A stretch of DNA of 64,000 bases, taken from contig OZ024740.1 of NCBI GenBank assembly GCA_964016885.1, forward strand, positions 56,978,001 through 57,042,000, given 5' to 3'. The translations under genes and the position numbers were made by a program. Every line of letters begins with the position of its first letter. Positions within the stretch are counted from its first letter, which is position 1. Of the stretch, positions 26,151 through 41,504 are shown piece after piece. The stretch comes from Eledone cirrhosa (lineage: Eukaryota). The notes below the pieces were generated by a model. That model searched no databases. It was not told where the DNA came from and was given only the letters and a program-made list of their open reading frames with translations.

Positions 26151-26855
26151 ATACTCGAGTTAGCAGATGTTAGATCAAGAAAATTAGTACCAGTTATCTA
26201 CTGTTAAATCTACTCGACTATACCATCTCTCCAACATATTTGTGAATAAGAAATCCATACTTAAATTCTCCTCTAAAATTGCTACTGAATAATTCAAATA
26301 AATTCTGGACGTTTCACGTAACATATACAAGTAGCGGTTGTAAAGACACTTATAGTAACTTTAATATAATGTAAAATAAAATAAATAAGCAGTTTCTAGT
26401 GTATGCGTGTGTGTGGAAGCATTAAATGAATCAACATGTATATTATCGTATTTATATATATAGTTGCGAGAAATAAGCGGCTAAATGCACTTGTTTGCAA
26501 ACAGCGCTAAGTTTTCAATCAACAGATAGAAATGTTAGCGAAAGGAAAAACAAAATCTATTTAAGTGGTGGTTGGTTCCACTCTTTACATACAGAAAAAA
26601 ATAATAGTAATAAGTGAAGGTGATGTAAAAAAGCAAACACAGGTATAAAAATATTTGAAAGAAATATTAACGTAGATGATAGTAATAAAAATTAGTTGAT
26701 TAGTGTTTACTTACTGTTGGCGCTAAAAGAAAATTCTGAATCTCTCCATAAAAACGTTTGTTTGTTCTTAGCGGATTTTTCTCCCCTCTCGTAGTCTGTA
26801 GTTAGTTAATTTACCACCTGTCACAGCGTTCTTATGATTCCTACTTTACTCAGTA

Positions 26856-26902
<47 letters not shown>

Positions 26903-27617
26903 CGCGCGCGTGTGTGTCTGTGTGTGTGTGTGTGTGTGTATGTATACTACAGCAGGTTCTCTTACGAAATGAAGCTCTGTACAAAACTAGTCACCGAGTC
27001 GCTATACTGACGCAACTGTCACTATATCTTTTAGCACAGAGACAGTTGGATTCTACAATTGTTGTCATGCGTATATATCTCGCCAGAGCAATGCTGAAGA
27101 AAGGAAGAAAAAAATAATAATAGTAATAAAACTAAAGGCAGATGTTCACCTATCACTTGTCGGTAAACATCTCTATGTAATATGTGTCAGGAGTTTTAAG
27201 CATTGATGATATATATGTGTGTATGTGAGTGTGAGTATGTGTGGATATATCCACCCACACATGCACATATTTGTGTATGTGTATGTGTATATATATATAT
27301 TCATGTATTCATATAATGCACGTGCATTCATACAAACGCGCACGCGCATCCTGTGTGGAAAAAAAAACGCAAACTGAGTAATTCGGAGTAGCGGCAAAAT
27401 TAATCAACCGGGCTCAAATGAACAGATTAACACTGATACAGGTATTGAGTACACTTTCTACCGCCTGTACACTTAAACTTACAAACATACCCTCACACGC
27501 TCACATATACACGTGCGCGCGCACGCACACACACACGTATGTATGTATATATATATATATATTTGTATATGTATGTGTGTGTATAGTCATATATATATAT
27601 GTGTGTGTGCGTATAGT

Positions 27618-27673
<56 letters not shown>

Positions 27674-28729
27674 TATGTGTGTGTGTATATATATATTTTA
27701 TATACACACATGTACATACGTATGTATGTATGTATGTATGTATATGTGTATGTATGTATGTGTGTGTATGTGTGTGTGTGCGTATAGTTATATACATATA
27801 TATATATGCATGTGTGTGTGTATGTATATATATATATATATATATATATGCATATGTGTGTGTATGTATATATATATTATATATACACACATGTACGTAC
27901 GTATGTATGTATGTATATGTGTATGTTTGTATGTGTGTGTGTGTGTGTGTGTACAATGGTGCAGGTATGGCTGTGTGGTCAATGAGTTCGCTTGTTAATC
28001 GCATAGTTCGGGTTTAGTCCCAATGAGTGGGATCTTAAGCAAGTATCTTATACTATAGCTTCAGATTAACAGTGAGAGAAAGTTGGTAGATAGGAACTAT
28101 GAAGAAGCCCGTTGTACCCCTGTATCTGTGTATGTATGTATGTATGTATGCATGTATGCATGTATGTATGTATGTCTATACGTGTGCGTCTGTGTGCGTT
28201 TGTGAGTTTATATTTATGTCCGTAGCAATTCAACGAATAGTGTGTGTGTGTGTGTATGGATGTGATTATACATATATGTGTGTGTGTGTGTGTGTGTGTG
28301 AGTTTATATTTATGTCCGTAGCAATTCAACGAATAGTGTGTATGTATATGTGTGTGAGTTTATATTTGTGTCCGTAGCAATTCAACGAATAATAGTGTGT
28401 GTATATGTGTGTGTGTTTATATTTATGAAACAGCAATTCAACAGCGATCGATAAAGTAAGTACCAGATTGGTAAAAGTACTGTTGTTTATATGGACCAGG
28501 ATAATGAATGAAACTAGTAAAAGATCATACGAAGAAATAAATATATTCTTTCATACTGTTTTAAGTCAGTAAACTACGACTAACATGATTTATTAACCCA
28601 GTTCTTAATTTTTTAAGTGGCACTTATTTTGTCAATCTCTTACTGTCGAACCGGTAGGTTATATGACATATTCGTATACACAGAGAGGCACAGACATAAA
28701 AACATCCCCCACTCAAACACATATAGACA

Positions 28730-28795
28730 TTGTGTCCCCAAAAATGTATACATATTTCAGCAGCGTTCTATTCATTGTGCGTATACTTTTTGGGG

Positions 28796-28801
<6 letters not shown>
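28730..28801. mobile_element. Tiny MITE-like foldback (Tc1/mariner-like ends)
   Basis: TGTGTCCCCAAAAATGTATAC ... GTATACTTTTTGGGGACACA. Confidence 0.5.
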
Positions 28802-28861
<60 letters not shown>

Positions 28862-29085
28862 GGAAAAAACGAAACGAAATTTCATTTCCCACTCTTAGTA
28901 CGGCTGTTACTTAAATATACATGTACGTGTACATACTTATATATATATATATAATAAATGTAATCTGAGTTTTTCGAATATTAATAACATTCGATTCATT
29001 TGCAATTATGCAAACAAGCCTCAATTGTATAGCCATGTCAGTAGAATGAACCCTTCATTCTTGCTCTTGTGTTGGCATGTAAACA

Positions 29086-29135
29086 GAACTGCAGAAACTA
29101 ATGTTTCTGGGTATCACCCTTCATCAGTACAGCTC
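29086..29135 (-). ncRNA. Hammerhead motif family K in a ~435-bp terminally redundant unit (28963-29437)
   Basis: GAGCTGTA-CTGATGA-AGGG(TGATA)CCCA-GAAA-CATTAGTT-TC-TGCAGTTC: 8-bp stem I with G-U pairs; stem III imperfect. Confidence 0.62.
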
Positions 29136-29440
29136 ACTGTTCACCTGCCAAACTGTCAGAGCTAGTGAAAATATATGCTATTTTCAAAAATACACAGTGA
29201 CTGATCGGCTTGATTTGCATATTAGCAGACTGGTTGATTAGTCAGATCTGCATATTAGCAGATCCACTGGTCAGCCAGATTTGCATATCAGCAGACCGAC
29301 CAGTCAGTTTCCTGTATGCGAGCGATAAATGGCCGGCTTTGCCAAATTCAAATAAAAAATAAAAATTTCGCCCTACATGGCTGAATACAATAAATATCAT
29401 CTGAGTTTTTCGAATATTAATAATAACATTCGATTCGATT

Positions 29441-29525
<85 letters not shown>

Positions 29526-30117
29526 TATAATTATATAATTATATATATATATATAAATACATAATCGGAGAAAGCTAATAGCGATACTCCAAATTCCAAC
29601 TCACTCAACAAACATTAGGAAATACCTGAGTATATTCCCAATTAAACGTTTGGGGTGCTAACTATATTGTATTGTGTGGATAATTGGCTGTATTATTTCA
29701 TATGAGATATATCAAATATATCATTTCCCAGACGACTCGTTTCATTATAAGATTTCTACAAGTTGGGTGAAAATATACCAAGTTATGTAGAAGCTTGTAT
29801 AAGATCAACAGATACTTATTCAAGTGGGCCCTTATAAATCTTCAGTGGATAACACAATAATATTAATATTGATAACCAAATCAACATCAATATTTAGCGA
29901 TAATCACCATCAGTGTTTGAGGGAGCTGCTATGTTGTTAGTCCAGCAGTTCTAAAGAAAATCTCACACTGTCCCGAAAATGGGAGGAAGGAGGCTACCGC
30001 CAAAAACAATACATGCTTAGGTCGTTGAAGCAACGTGCTTATATAACTATTATTTTTCGAGATGGCCAACTGGATACGCACGTGTATGTTATTTTCTCCC
30101 CTATTTTTTCTCATTTT

Positions 30118-33100
30118 CAACAACCACAGTAGTAATAATGGAAATAATACGATTACCAAATTTAATGATAGACACAACAACAAAAACTACAAAAGCAAGA
30201 AACATAATAATAAAAGTAACAACCACAATGGTAGAAATAACAGTAACAACAACAATAACAATAGAGAAAACAGCAACAATACATCTGACAATCATAACAA
30301 TAATAATAATGTTAATGGTAGGAACAACAACAACCATAATAACGATTTCATTTATTGGCCACAAGGGCCGAACCAACAACCATAATAACAATAATAGCAA
30401 CACACACAACTATGACGATAGATGACAACCCCTTAGAAAAACAATTCTTCAACCCAGCTGACAAAACTTACAAGATGAGTAAAATGTATGCTACTAAGTT
30501 ATCTTTTAATAAAAGGGTTTGTATACCACAACAAATGGATGACGAGAGAGAGGCACAGTTCACCATAGCTAGAAATAAGATTAGACAAATTAGTAGACGG
30601 ATATACTAAGAGACAAAGCAGACCAGAGGTCCAACAACTTGGAAGGAAACCTCTAGAAGGCCTACTTAGCCTCAAGCAGCGCACAAGGGATGGTGAGGTA
30701 GTGTGTCTACCCACAAATAAATTTGGTAGGATGTCGATAGACAGCATGCCGAACTACACCAAGGCTATGCAACCCCACATCACCAACACGGGCGAAATTA
30801 CACAACAGACACATGAGGGGAGATTGAAGATCCTCAACGCTCACATCATGATGTGGACCGACATCCTAAAGACAAGCAGACGCACTGCCAACAACTTCCA
30901 GGCGTCTAACAATGACATACCACCCTAGTATGGCCTCCGCAAAGACCATAAGACAGTCGACGACCCGACGACAGGACCACCAAGAGCTGTATGCGGAGCC
31001 AATATCGCTAGCACCTAGAGGATCTCCTCCTTCCTCTCAATGGTTATACGCCCCATAATCAAGATGTCCCCAGATGTATGTGACAGTACAGAGGACCTCC
31101 TCAACAGAATCAATGAGTGCAACAAAAACTAAAACCTATCTAACTGCATAATAGGGAGCATGGATGTGGTATCACTATACCCATCCATTAAGATTTGATT
31201 TTGCTCTGGAGAAATGTGTGGAGATAATCAGTGAGAGTGAGGTGGAGTTCTGCGACGTCGACACAGATGAACTGGGCCTCCTACTTAGACTTACCTATGA
31301 CACCGAGTACCTAGGCAGCCATGACCGTAGCCGTTTCTGCCCTAGTAGACCCATAAGAGATTGACCCCCCCCTCCCCCCACCACCATAACCTCAATGGCA
31401 AAAAAGACTCCCATGGGAAGGTGTATTGGGTGGACGAAAGCCATACGGACACCCAAAAACAATGATCAGGTAAGAAAAATGGTCGCGCATGCAATAGGGG
31501 CTAGTATTAAAACTACCCTAAAGGGCCATATATTCAAATTCAACGAAAATATCTACACCCAAAATGAGGGAGCAGCCATTGGCGTCAGCATAGCTGGTGA
31601 TGTTGCCAACCTTTTTATGGTATGGTGGGAAAGGAGACTCAAAGATCTCCTTGAAGAGAGCTCCATAGACCACATCATATACTCTCGTTACGTAGATGAT
31701 ATTAATATAGTTTTAAGGACCCCCCACCCACCCCACAAGAGAGTACTAACGAAATTGATTTAGAATATAGCACGATGAAAAGCATCCAGCAGATAGCTAA
31801 CTCCATACACCAGAGTATAACTGTAACTATTTACTACCCTTCCAAACACCCTAACAATAGACTACCTGTATTAGACACAGAACTCTGGATTAACACTATA
31901 GACGAGAGAGCCCAAATTCTCCACTCACACTACGCTAAACCCATGGCCTCCAAATACCTGATACTCAAAAACTCAGCAATGTCCAGTAGTGCTAAGTTTA
32001 ATATTCTGATCGCAGATTTGGTACGAGTGATGAAAAACGTGTCCCGCATGTGCGACCCAACAAAAATGAAAAGAAACATCCAACACTTTATCAACCGCAT
32101 GCAGTTCTCTGGCTACAACCAAAGAGACAGAATCAGAGTATACAAAAGGCCATGGAAAAGTATAAGACCCTCATAGAACTGGACATGAAAGGAATTGCCC
32201 ATTATACAGAGGCAAATCATGGAATTTCTTAGATAGGACTAAACATAAGATAGGGAAAGCCACCTCATGGTACGACAACCAGAGATACCAGAGTGTCATG
32301 TTCGTGGATGCTACCCCTGAAGGGAGATTAGCTACCCAATGTAGAAAGTCCCTGAGAAAGACCCACTTAAAGATTAAAGTGATAGAAAAGCCAGGAACTA
32401 CCATAAAATCCCTGATCAGCAAAACATACCATTTTAAGAAAACCCACTGTACTAATAAGAAATGTGTTAAATGTAAAGTAAAGCCCCAGATAAACTGTAA
32501 AACTAGAAATGTAGTCTATAGCATAAGATGTACAGAGGGTACTTACAGAAACATGACAACAACATACATAGGCGAGACAGCTCAAAGAATAGGAGAAAGA
32601 ATAGACCAACACTGGTGGGAATTAAAAGGACAAAAAAAACTGTTCAGTACTATACGAACACGCCAGACAACAACATGACGGTAACATAGACAACATAGAA
32701 ATTAAAATAATATCTAAGCATAGAAATGACCCAGCAGGTAGGCAAATGTGAGAGGCAAGCGAAATAGAGCTTAGAAAGCCAAAGCTAAACAGAAAAAATG
32801 AATGGAATAACAACACCCAAACAAACAATACTGACTTAAGAGAAATATAAATAAATGAATAAATATATACACAAGCACAATAACAACAAACACATATAAA
32901 CGCACACTAATAAACTAAGATAGAATACGATAACCAAAACACAGTCACCCAAACGCGAACACACACACCAAACACTATACACACACGCAAACGCATGTGC
33001 AGAGAAGAAGACGAAAATAAATAAATAAACAGATAAAATAAAAATGGCGTAGACATACAATACAACAGGAGGAAACATAATAGTACCACTGATGATGTGG

Positions 33101-33313
33101 CAGATGTGCAACGAAAGAACTGTGTTAGACTATATATATGTATTTATATCTGTATTTTTGACCGTTTGTCAATCAATGATAAACATTGATTGCCGAATGA
33201 ATTAACTATGGAGATATAAAAGATACAGCAGCGAAAAAAGCAGCGAGTGTGTTCTGTTATTATTTCTGGCAATATTTTATTACAATAATATGAACCTCCC
33301 CAAGTATAACAAT
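30118..33313 (+). mobile_element. 5'-truncated, more decayed PLE-C family copy (RT + GIY-YIG + 3' UTR)
   Basis: ORF pieces collinear with 8197-11100(-): YTQNEGAAIG, YSRYVDDI, LPVLD, NVVYSIRC, YIGET; same terminus CAAGTATAACA. Confidence 0.92.
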
Positions 33314-33424
33314 ATATGGTGTCCTCCTTGCTTCTGCTGGACACCACCTGAGGGTGTTAGCGCCGGTGTTTGCATAGCTACGACTTCCTAAAACCGTGTT
33401 TCTTTAGAAATACAAAATTTCTAT

Positions 33425-33464
<40 letters not shown>

Positions 33465-34439
33465 TCATTCAAAATATTAACAAAAATAGAACTTCATTGT
33501 GATCAAGTATATTTTATTATACATATTTCAGAGGTACTGAACTAACTTCAACAGTACGTCCTCATCGGATAAAATAGGATGATGCATGACATACCCTGAC
33601 ATAGTAGATGGTTAAGATCCAGTCATGGTAGTGAGTAAGATATGATAAAACTCAATATTTATATACCTTAAGATTGAGACATGAAAAAACGTACATATAA
33701 TACATATAATACAGAGGGTGCGTGTAAGAAAGCTGAAAAATACGTAGCAGTAATTTACATAACTGATAGAGATTCAAATAGTTATTGAAGAAAGAGGAAA
33801 GAAAAAAGACAGAGAGAAAACATATGAGGGGAAAATATAGCTAGAAGAGGTATAGAGAGCAAAGGAAAATTGATCAAGGAAAGGGAGACAAAGAGGAATA
33901 ATTATAATTATAGGGATGTATAGTTATGTATGCTATATATCCATACACAACTATACAATTGGGCATAGGTATGCGATAGAGTAAATTCGAATCATTGAAT
34001 TATTGAATTATCTAGAAATATTCATCAATCTAAATCCTAAATATAACTGGGTGTAATCAATAAGGGTTAATTTCCTCTGTTAAATAGTTATACATCCTAT
34101 CCAAATGTGTCCGGTTGACCATTAACTTTCAAATCATTTAAGTTAGTTCAGAGTAATGAATTAATTAAAGTGCATAATATTTCAGGCTATAAAAGTTTAT
34201 AAATATTACTATTAAAGTATACTATCATATTTAATTTATAAAATCATATTTTATGAATTCATATTTAAACTATTAGCACACATGAGAGAGGAAACATGCT
34301 ATTTTCCATCCTCTCGAAGGTAAATATTAATAATTTTATTATTTATATTATATTGAAGATTTAATTTAAAAAATTTCGATTAACAATTAGAATGCCTTAA
34401 AGCATCAAAAGGCCTTATAATTAAACTTAAAAAAGGTCA

Positions 34440-36467
34440 CCAATAACTTAGAACTCTTAAAGAAAAAAATCTTGGATATAAAAGAAGTTAATTAAATATT
34501 GGTGAAGACGGACAAAACCAGTAATTTATATGGCATAAATAAGGATGAATATAATGATTTAATTTTAAAAGAACTAAAGAAAAATTATAGAAAAGCCCCG
34601 GCCGAAGATCTTACAGACATCAATAATGATGCATTTAAATTAATAGCAAAATTGGGAATTGAAGGAAGAACTGAGCCTCTCATACCTAGACAGCCGAGGA
34701 TAAATTTTAACAATCACAAAAGAAACTTTGAGGAAGACCTGCCAGTTAGACTGATTGCTCCATCTAAATCGGATATTGGAGTAATCAGTAAGAATATTAT
34801 TGATAGAATTCTACCTACTCTGAAATTGAAATCTAAATTGAGCTTATGGAAAGACACTAATTAAGTGATTGACTGGTTTAAAAATAAATAGAATAAGAAA
34901 TACCACAAATTCATCCAAATGGACATAGCAAGCTATTATTCTTCTATTACACCTAACCTATTAAATAAGGCTTTATCTTATGCTTACAAACATACAGATC
35001 TAACTACGGATGAAATCGATATCATATTAACTGCTAGAAGAACTCTAATTAATTTCAACAATGAGTATTGGATCCGCTCAGATAGAAATAGAAACTTTGA
35101 CATTACCATGGGATCATCGGACTCAGCGCAGGTCACGGATCTTCTGGGGATTTTCATCTTAAATATGGTAAATAGAAAACTACCGGAGATTACTGGTGGT
35201 TTATATAGGGACGACATTTTATTTACGGTTGTCAAACATAGCAACACAGAACTAAATAGGGTTAAGAAAACTATAATTGAATTCTTTAAAAATTACGACC
35301 TTAAATTAGAAGTTGAAAGTAGTACCAAAATAGTTAATTTCCTTGACGTTACTCTTAACTTAAACTCAGGTTTCTATTGCCCTTTCCATAAGCCCAATGA
35401 AAACTTAAACTACGTTAGCTATTACTCTAATCACCCTAAATCTGTCAAAAAAGCAATAGTCAATAGTGTACAGAAACGCATAACTAGAATATCCGCTAAT
35501 AAATCCATATTTGATGAAAAGGCAGGATATTATAATGACGCGCTACGAAAGGCAGGTTATAAAAATAATATAGAATATAGGGATAATAATTTGAACTATA
35601 ATCCTAATGAGATTAACATGTATAAAAGAGATTCTAAAAATGTTAATACAAACTCCACTACCGTAAATAAATTGGGGAAAAAATCAGAACTAAATCAGTT
35701 ATCTGATAGCAACAAAAACTCCACTCGCAAATCTATTCTTTAAAGCTTTAGATAAATCCTTCCCCATTCAACATAAATACCGTTCCATATTTAACAGACA
35801 CACAATTAAGCTTTCTTATTCTACAACTATGAATATGGCCCAAAATAACGCTAAAATAAATAGTAGAATTCTAAATCAACATACATTTAACCATAATGAA
35901 TATAATAACACTAGCAATATTGTCACTAGAAATAACAGTAACATCGCTATCAATAGAACACTTCAGAATACTAATAATGTTAATGTAAATAGTACAATTT
36001 ATAGTAATAACAATAAATCGAAGTGTAATTGTAGAAATAGACCTGATTTCCCTCTGCAAAATAACTGTCTTGATAGCAATTTGGTATATAAATGCACCGG
36101 AAAAGCAAATAACATTACATACAACTATATAGGTGCAACTTCTTCGACATTTAAATCTAGATTTGCGAATCACAAATGCTCTTTTTCGAATCCTAATAGG
36201 AAATCTCCGACTTCTTTATCACAACTTATATGGTCATTAAAAGACAAAAACTTAAAATACTCGATTTCTTGGGTGAAATTATGTAATAGTAGAATTTATT
36301 TGAATTCGTCAATATCACCTAACTGCAACCTCTGTACCATGGAGACCCTTTTAATAATTACTGATTGTGAAAATTTAATTAACAAAAAGAGTGAATTATT
36401 CTCAAAGTGCCTTCATAAAGCTTTGTCTACATTCCAAGCCTCGCAAAAGGTCAGGAAAAAACACTAA
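34440..36467 (+). pseudogene. PLE RT-GIY-YIG, paralogous to 2313-4773, with a stop at 34862 and a break at ~35740
   Basis: TDKTSNLY, RLIAPSKSDIG, MDIASYY, FDITMGSSDSAQVTDLLG, GLYRDD, NFLDV, CNCR, LVYKC..YIGAT, CNLC.ME, LIN. Confidence 0.92.
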
Positions 36468-38475
36468 ATAAGCGGGTTCTAATTTTTAACGTCTCTTATC
36501 AATTGTGTACCTCAAACGTTATAACGGATTATAAAACTTTAATAATTTTTATTTTTTAATTCTTTTATGATATGATTAATATTAGATTAAAAGGTACTGT
36601 TCAGGTATATAAACATATTATTGGTTAACATGATCGCTTGAGGAATGTGCATATCTGTTGATTGTTAAGATATATTTGATTTTTTGAATGGGATTCTTGT
36701 ATATTTTTAAATATATGGCTTACACGCTTAACAATTATAATGTACCGTAAATCATTCATGCATTTATGTCTTTCTATATTTACGTATTTGGAGTATGTTT
36801 TACGCTTCAGGAAGTTTGATTTATATATTTTTATTTATATATATTTACGGTATATGCATCACACCATACTAGTCGACAACCTTTTTTTCCACTTATCTTG
36901 ATGTAAAACTTCAATTATAACATTACTAACAATGATTGTACTGCTTATTTATTTATCATATGTATATCGATCACTAATATCTAGAATACTCTATTAATAT
37001 TTCAACAAATCTGTATATCTAGTATAATAACATGCTTCTTGTTACATTTATAAGTACTTTAAATACTTTAATGACTTTTTAGTGTTATAATCGTTAAATA
37101 TTTTCTAAATATTTTCTAAACTCTCTAAGTTATATAACGATTATTATTGATAAGTACTTTAGATACTTTAATGATTTTCTAGTGTTATAATCGTTAAATA
37201 TGTTCTAAATGTTTTCTAAATTTTCTAAGTTATATAATGATTATTATTTTATTTTATTTTATTAAATTTGGCTTACCTTCGGGTCAATGAAATCCTTAGG
37301 CTTTCTCTTTCTCGTGTTTGCAGACACATTATACTATTATATAAATTTATAAAGAAAATCTAAGATCGCAGACAATTCATTTTTTTTACTTTGAATCAGA
37401 TTCTTATCCGTATGATTCAAGAAGTTTGACTCGTATATTTATAGAATATATGTGTTACTTGACCTTATTATAATAATTGATCTAAAACCTTAATTTCTAA
37501 CAATATTATCAGTAACTTATTTATTGTATTATATTATGTTATATATAAATGATAGGTATCATCTTAATCTTTAGACAATATAATCTGTGTCTATATTCAG
37601 ACAAATGAATAATAAACTTTTTTAAGTTTAATTATAAGGCCTTTTGATGCTTTAAGGCATTCTAATTGTTAATCGAAATTTTTAAAATTAAATCTTCAAT
37701 ATAATATAAATAATAAAATTATTAAGATTTACCTTCGAGAGGATGGAAAATAACATGTTTCCTCTCTCATGTGTGCTAATAGTTTAAATATGAATTCATA
37801 AAATATGATTATATAATTTAAATATGATAGTATACTTTAATAGTAATATTTATAAACTTTTATAGCCTGAAATTTTATGCACTTTAATTAATTCATTACT
37901 CTGAACTAACTTAAATGATTTGAAAGTTAATGGTCAACCGGATACGTTTGGATAGTATGTATAACTATTTAACAGAGGAAATTAACCCTTATTGATTACA
38001 CCCAGTTATATTTAGGATTTAGATTGATGAATATTTCTAGATAATTCAATAATTCAATGATTCGAGTTTACTCTATCGCATACCTATGCCCAATTGTATA
38101 GTTGTGTATGGATATATAGCATACATAACTATACATCCCTATAATTATAATTATTCCTCTTTGTCTCCCTTTCCTTGATCAATTTTCCTTTGCTCTCTAT
38201 ACCCCTTCTAGCTATATTTTCCCCTCATATGTTTTCTCTCTGTCTTTTTTCTTTCCTCTTTCTTCAATAACTATTTGAATCTCTAACAGTTATGTAAATT
38301 ATTGCTATGTATTTTTCAGCTTTCTTACACGCACCCTCTGTATTATATGTATTATATGTAAGTTTTTTCATGTCTCAATCTTAAGGTATATAAATATTGA
38401 GTTTTGTCATATCTTACTCACTACCATGACTGAATCTTAAAAATCTACTATGTCAGGGTATGTCATGCATCATCC

Positions 38476-38542
38476 TATTTTATCCGATGAGGACGTACTG
38501 TTGAAGTTAGCTCAGTACCTCTGAAATATGTATAATAAAATA
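38476..38542 (+). ncRNA. Type I hammerhead, family J (CCGATGA core); mirror copy 33510-33576(-)
   Basis: TATTTTAT-CCGATGA-GGACGTACTG...CAGTACCTCT-GAAA-TATGTA-TA-ATAAAATA: 8-bp stem I. Confidence 0.8.
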
Positions 38543-38751
38543 TACTTGATCACGATGAAGTTCTATTTTTGTTAATATTTTGAATGAATATTAATAACTC
38601 CGGAAAAGCATAACTGTTGAGTGCTTCCAATCTATTGTAAAACTAATTCTTTGATTTATTCATTGAACCTTGTTTAACCTTTAAATATATATATATAAAT
38701 ATATATATACAACCGGTCCTGGCATTGATAAATATGGTGGGTCCGTCAACT

Positions 38752-38838
<87 letters not shown>

Positions 38839-40059
38839 CGTGTTTGTAGAAGTATGTAAACTTAGGTTTTCTAATTTAGCTACACTGGCTCGAATCAGTG
38901 TATTCAGCAGTAATGAGGGTGGACACATTTGGCGGATCGAATGCCCGATTCAAAGACGTGGTGAACATGTCTAGCATCTATGTCAAGTTATTTGCGACGT
39001 GAACAACCAATTTCTGCAATATGAATATTCACTAATGTTGCAGGTTTTTCACAGAACACCGAAAGCAACGGCAAACTATCGCAGTTGACATTACAGTGTT
39101 CTACTATCTCTGGTGTACTACTACTTCCGAACATTTATCTGCTTCTTGGAATCGAATACCACATGTTCCCCTCAGGCTGCCAAAAACATAATTGTGGCCT
39201 TGTAGCTTTGTCACATCTCAAATACTACGTTCCTGCGTGCCCTAACTGTAATGACTCCTTCATGTTTCACGTTGAAGAAATAATCCAAGGACATTCTCAT
39301 GGCTAACACATCGGTGGTAGTATCTTTGTCGCGTCTTATTCGGTCACTAGCTCTTGCTCTAATCTCTCTTTCTCTATTGTTTTTTCTTTGCTAAACCTTA
39401 TGGATCCTAGTCTAATCGCTGTCTTTAGAGCACCCTACCATCGGTTGTTGACGATGACCCCGTCCACCGTTGCCTAACTAGTTCGCTAATCCTGCTAATA
39501 TTGCAGCCTCTTCGCGCCAATAATGATATCTTCTACTTCTAAAAACTAGTTCCGTGTTTATTGATCCTCTCTAGGTTGACCGTTCCAATCTGACCGATTG
39601 AAATTGTTAACACTTTACACTCCCATTGTCTGTATCCCTAACAAATACCCTATCTGACGTGTCCTTCACCGGTTTTGACAATGAGCATTGGGCTGTTCAA
39701 CCAGCTGAATTTTCAACTCATGAATTAACAAGTAAATGTTTGAGTATTCCACAGACACGTGTACCCTTGACGTAATTCCAAAACCGAACTAGCATGACAC
39801 AATATGTAACATGACCAGGCCTTTGAACTACAATCCATCCGAGAGGCTTCCACAATTTCCGTCAACCCTATTTCATTATCAAGGCTTATGTCGACCTGAG
39901 TTTATTGTAAAGACACTTACTCAAGGTGTCACACTGTGGGATCGAATTTGCGACTTCGTGTTTGCGAAGGTAACTTCTCACCTACTCAGCTATTGCCTGC
40001 GTACACATACTCAGTCAGAATACAATTTGAATAGCTTGATTCGGGTGTTCATTGTCCAA

Positions 40060-40445
40060 ACGAACAGATATAAGAAACTTGCTGATACCTGCCAGACAGT
40101 TGGAAATGGCTCAGCAACTATTTTTCTTGATCCCACGCTATCCTATCAGCTAAATCTGCACAATCCCAAAATGTGTTTAAAATACCAATCCAGGTACTAA
40201 AGGGCAGGACGTTCTCAGAAAGTTTTCTAGATGATTGAAGAAATCCGGTGGCTTTGCCCCTGTTGGTGCATAGACAGCCACATGTCTGAAGACACCGCCT
40301 TTTTTTCTGCCCATTCCCAGTATAACAATTCACCGTCTGGGTCCAAGTAGGCAGTCCCTACCTCGAAATCAAAACCTTCCCAAAATAATAATGCCTTTCT
40401 ACCTCCTGATCCAGTATGATAAAGAGATGCATACTCCACGTAGTC
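40060..40445 (-). pseudogene. L1/Tx1-like apurinic endonuclease fragment
   Basis: Frameshifted peptide GGRKALLF..G.D.EV...LDPDG followed by FRHVAVYAPTG...DFFNHLENFLRTS. Confidence 0.65.
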
Positions 40446-41504
40446 GTCAAAGATTGGAACACGGCTGTTCGTCCCGGAAATTCTGGTTTCATTTGTGTCT
40501 ACCTAAGATAGTTGAGCGATAGTTACTTTTAAATGACTTCAAACAATGCATATTTATGCTTCCTACTCTGAGTGTGGCCATATACGTTGGAAAACGGAAG
40601 CTGCGAGAGAAGTACTTACCTTAGTCCTTTTGGATGGACGGTTAATCCAATCTTTCCTGAAGTTAGAGAAAGTTCCTTGGCAATCCCCACAGATATATTT
40701 TATTTAGAGTTTTGACGAAACATCCAACAATGCGTAGGAAAATGTTTGTAATTGACATGTAGAAATCTGACGCCGTTTTCGATATCAGTCTAAGATAAGA
40801 TACACTGGAGATTAGAGCTATAAAACCGTTTTATTCTGTCTCTAATTAATTTGATTTTGTTTTGATATGAACTCCATCAACTCACTGTTGTTTTTCTCTG
40901 TTGACGGGGTTTGATTTTAGTGTATTTAGCTTTTGTTGATATTGTTATTCTTTTTTTTTTGTTGTTACTTTTGTTATTTTTATTGTTTCTTTGCGTGGAT
41001 GTCGAGTCTCAATGTTTTCTGTTCTTGATGGTGATGGCGGTCGTTTTATGGTTGTTAGTTTGGCTGTTTTGTTGTTATAATGGTGGTTGTTTTGGTAGTT
41101 ATTTTGGATGTGTTCCTAGTTAAACTACCGCGTGCATGGGTTGGACTATTTCTCATTTACTGTCTTTTTTTCTATTTATCTCTTTGCATTTTTCTCCAAC
41201 GGAGTTGTCATGTAGCGAGTATTTATTTATTTGTATTTTATTGCCTAATATATCCGCTAATGGATTCTTTAACCCAGACCGTTCTAACATGGAGGAAGGA
41301 AAGGTATGTCGGAGTATGCATACATATATTTACAAATCGAGACTAGAAATAAGTAGTGACATAACCCCTACCTGCTAGTCGTTATAAAGATCTACCATGA
41401 TCAATCAACCTTCTAAAACCATTGTAAAACAATGAACTAATTAACAACCTATCTTCAGTTTTTGTTTTATTTTCATTGTTCAATACACACACACAAACAC
41501 GCGC

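Larger units (their letters stand above)
33461..38690 (+). mobile_element. Second Naiad-like PLE (PLE-J), 5'-truncated, bounded by ~975-bp inverted repeats (33461-34435, 37617-38591)
   Basis: Arms are near-identical reverse complements; RT-GIY-YIG frame lies between them; (TA)n on both flanks. Confidence 0.9.

Noticed and set aside
27418-28017. Long ORFs rich in YI/CV/HT (also 14379-14646, 16171-16643, 53585-53938, 61841-62678 and many more)
   Set aside because: Translations of (TA)n, (TG)n and (CA)n microsatellites, which lack stop codons.
40612-40770. Possible minus-strand exon ending in AAG/GTAAGT
   Set aside because: Stops in all three frames and no supporting neighbouring exons.
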